From the NCBI RefSeq assembly GCF_006345805.1, contig NW_021831870.1:1-63565 (forward strand): a DNA stretch of 63,565 nt. Direction: 5' to 3'. Of the stretch, positions 61,686 through 63,565 are shown in pieces. The notes under the pieces were generated by a model. That model ran no database searches. It was not told the origin of the DNA and saw nothing but the letters and a program-made list of their open reading frames with translations. Every line of letters starts with the position of its first letter. Position 1 is the first letter of the stretch. Source of the stretch: Octopus sinensis. Its lineage: Eukaryota. A program made the translations under genes and the position numbers.

Positions 61686-61725
61686 CAGACAGATAATGAG
61701 ATAGATAGATAGATAGATAGATAAA
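60180..61725. repeat. (GATA)n tract split by the Tx1 insertion (60180-60461 and 61342-61725)
   Basis: Direct reading. Confidence 0.95.
60462..61341 (-). pseudogene. Tx1-like (L1 group) LINE 3' part: zf-RVT region and 3' UTR, 5'-truncated, inserted in (GATA)n
   Basis: LPVRDKLYRHG..CPRC..ETVLHALVQC..LW..; after a frameshift WTRLKG..LINFFKYHLKRKVRVERQVL..RWVNV*; both ends abut GATA repeats. Confidence 0.88.
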
Positions 61726-62214
61726 TAGAGGGGAAAACAGAAAGACAGACAGAGAGGGGAGGAGGGGAAGAGAAAGACAACACATCTTATGCATGCATGT
61801 TGTAAGCATGTATATAAATATTGTATACACTTACGTATGTCTGCACACATACATTTGTACATATATATACATATATATACATATAAACCTTATTTCTGTT
61901 AATAAACTAGTCAATTGCTCACCTACTGCCTAACTTCGGGATCCAGTGAGGAACAGAGCTAAGCTGAGTTTGTTCATCAGCTATGGTGTGTTTTCTACAG
62001 TTAGATGTCCTTAATAATGCCAATCACTTCACAGTGAGTTCTGGGTGCTTTTCCCATACCACCAACACTAGTGAGGTGGCTGAGTAATATGCAAGACAAA
62101 AAAACAAAAAAAAAACAGAACAGGGGAAAAGAAAAGCGCTATTAAATGAGGGAAAGTATTCAAGGGGAGAAGTACTATTCTTTACACCAACAAACATTCA
62201 TATATAGCCACAGT

Positions 62215-62690
62215 ATAAAACTTAGATATGTTTCGACCAAAGATTGGTCCAGGCCATGTCTAACTTAATAGCACCACCTGATAGGATTATCTAAATCCTG
62301 TTTAAGTCAAGTTTTGTTTATGGTCCATTCAAGTAGTGAATTTTTGTTGAGTGAGTTGTATCCAGGTATAGGTGGCCAATCCGGTATTCCTTGAAGAAAT
62401 CTGTCCAGACTCCGTTTAAAGTTGATGGGATCCTTGTCCTTTTTGATCTCTTTCGAGACAATGTCAAACAGGGCAGGGCCTGTTGAGGAAAAGAAATTAT
62501 GTTGCAGTGTACCTATATGCTGTGATCTTGAATTGGGCAGGGGACGTATGGCCCATGGTCCCAGCCTTGGATGAACCTTGAAACTAATTTTCAGGTCGTT
62601 TGGGCAAAGTCTTGAAGATTAACCTGCAGACTCGGGCAATCTGTTGATACAGTTAGCCCCTTTGGGATTAATACCCTACAACATCATACT
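62215..62690 (-). pseudogene. Second L2/Daphne-like LINE 3' fragment
   Basis: HNFFSSTGPALFDIVSKEIK..FKRSLDRFLQGIPDWPPIPGYNSLNKNSLLEW* parallels the C-terminus at about 32420-32630; 3' stem-loop. Confidence 0.8.
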
Positions 62691-63337
62691 ATTTCTTCGT
62701 TATCTCTCTTCTCCTTTCCTTTAACTCACAAACCAAAAGTATTTATCGCAGTATTGTGCTTTCATTAATCCAAAATATTGCTCAATGGAATCAATAAACA
62801 GAACATTTTAATCAAAAACCACCTGCACCATCTTAATCTTTCAAAATAATTCATAATTAGAACTTACAGCCCCACCAACCACCTCTGCTAATAATTTACA
62901 ATCAACTAATTATAATTACATAAAATTCCATTATGTAATTAGTTAAACGAGCCCACACAGCTCTAATCCTTTCTATTATATATAGAGTATCATACGGAAT
63001 CTTCCTTTGAATAATATTCTATAGAATTCCCAATAGTTTAAATCAAGCATTTCTTCTGCCAATCTCAGATGGAGGGATTTTACATATCTTTAGATTCTTT
63101 TAATTCTTAATTCCCAAAGCAAAATTTACAAACTCTTTCATGATCCCTTTTAATATTTATTTCTGTTTTCCTCTTTTGATTCTGTTTGACAATTTTCTTA
63201 TTTCTTTCTCATTTGCATAAACTTTTTGAAAAATAAGCAAATATTTTAATTAAACTAAATATGTTGATTAAGCAAAATATGAATTATGCTATCAACCTTC
63301 TGCATCTACATCATCATCATCAGCAGCAGCAGCAGCA

Positions 63338-63565
63338 CTGGAGGCGCTGTGGCCCAGTGGTTAGGGCAGCGAACTCGCAGTCGGAGGATCGTGGTTTCAA
63401 TTCCCAGACCGGGCGTTGTGTGTGTTTATTGAGCGAAAACACCTAAAGCTCCACGATTCTCCGGCAGGGGATGGTGGTGACCCCTGTTGTACTCTTTCGC
63501 TCCAACTTTCTTTCACTCTTTCTTCCTGTTTCTTGTCCCCGACTTCCTACGAAACCGGCTGAGCC
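63338..63565 (+). mobile_element. SINE family D head with a third tail type, cut by window edge
   Basis: Head and body match 1-180; diverges after CTTTCTTCCTG. Confidence 0.85.

Overview
Eukaryotic, AT-rich, repeat-saturated DNA. The SINE families and microsatellite load point to an octopus or other coleoid cephalopod intron or intergenic region; this is inferred from family recognition, not a database search. No host protein-coding gene can be called with confidence, and almost all ORFs in the track are microsatellite artefacts. The recognisable coding remnants are all transposon fossils: a CR1-type and two L2/Daphne-like LINE 3' ends, four R4/Dong-like RLE fragments, a Tx1-like LINE inserted in (GATA)n plus a second 3'-end copy, three tandem RTE fragments, a Penelope RT fragment, a decayed pogo transposase split by two piggyBac-type MITEs, a Tc1 deletion derivative and two non-autonomous Helitrons. 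About 50 SINE copies fall into five families (working labels A, B, C, D, F). The most notable observation is a set of mutually dissimilar, (TA)n-embedded non-coding elements carrying minimal type I hammerhead ribozyme motifs of the Penelope/retrozyme kind. Two copies retain the canonical core (1791-1858 minus, 1379-1490 plus), both inside fold-back elements. Also notable: apparent (GATA)n target specificity of the Tx1-like LINE, a SINE tail matching the Tx1 3' end, a covarying 3' stem-loop shared by SINE-A and two LINEs, and local templated insertions of a purine-rich module. A few plus-strand exon candidates are flagged at low confidence. Coordinates were read by eye and repeat boundaries are approximate.
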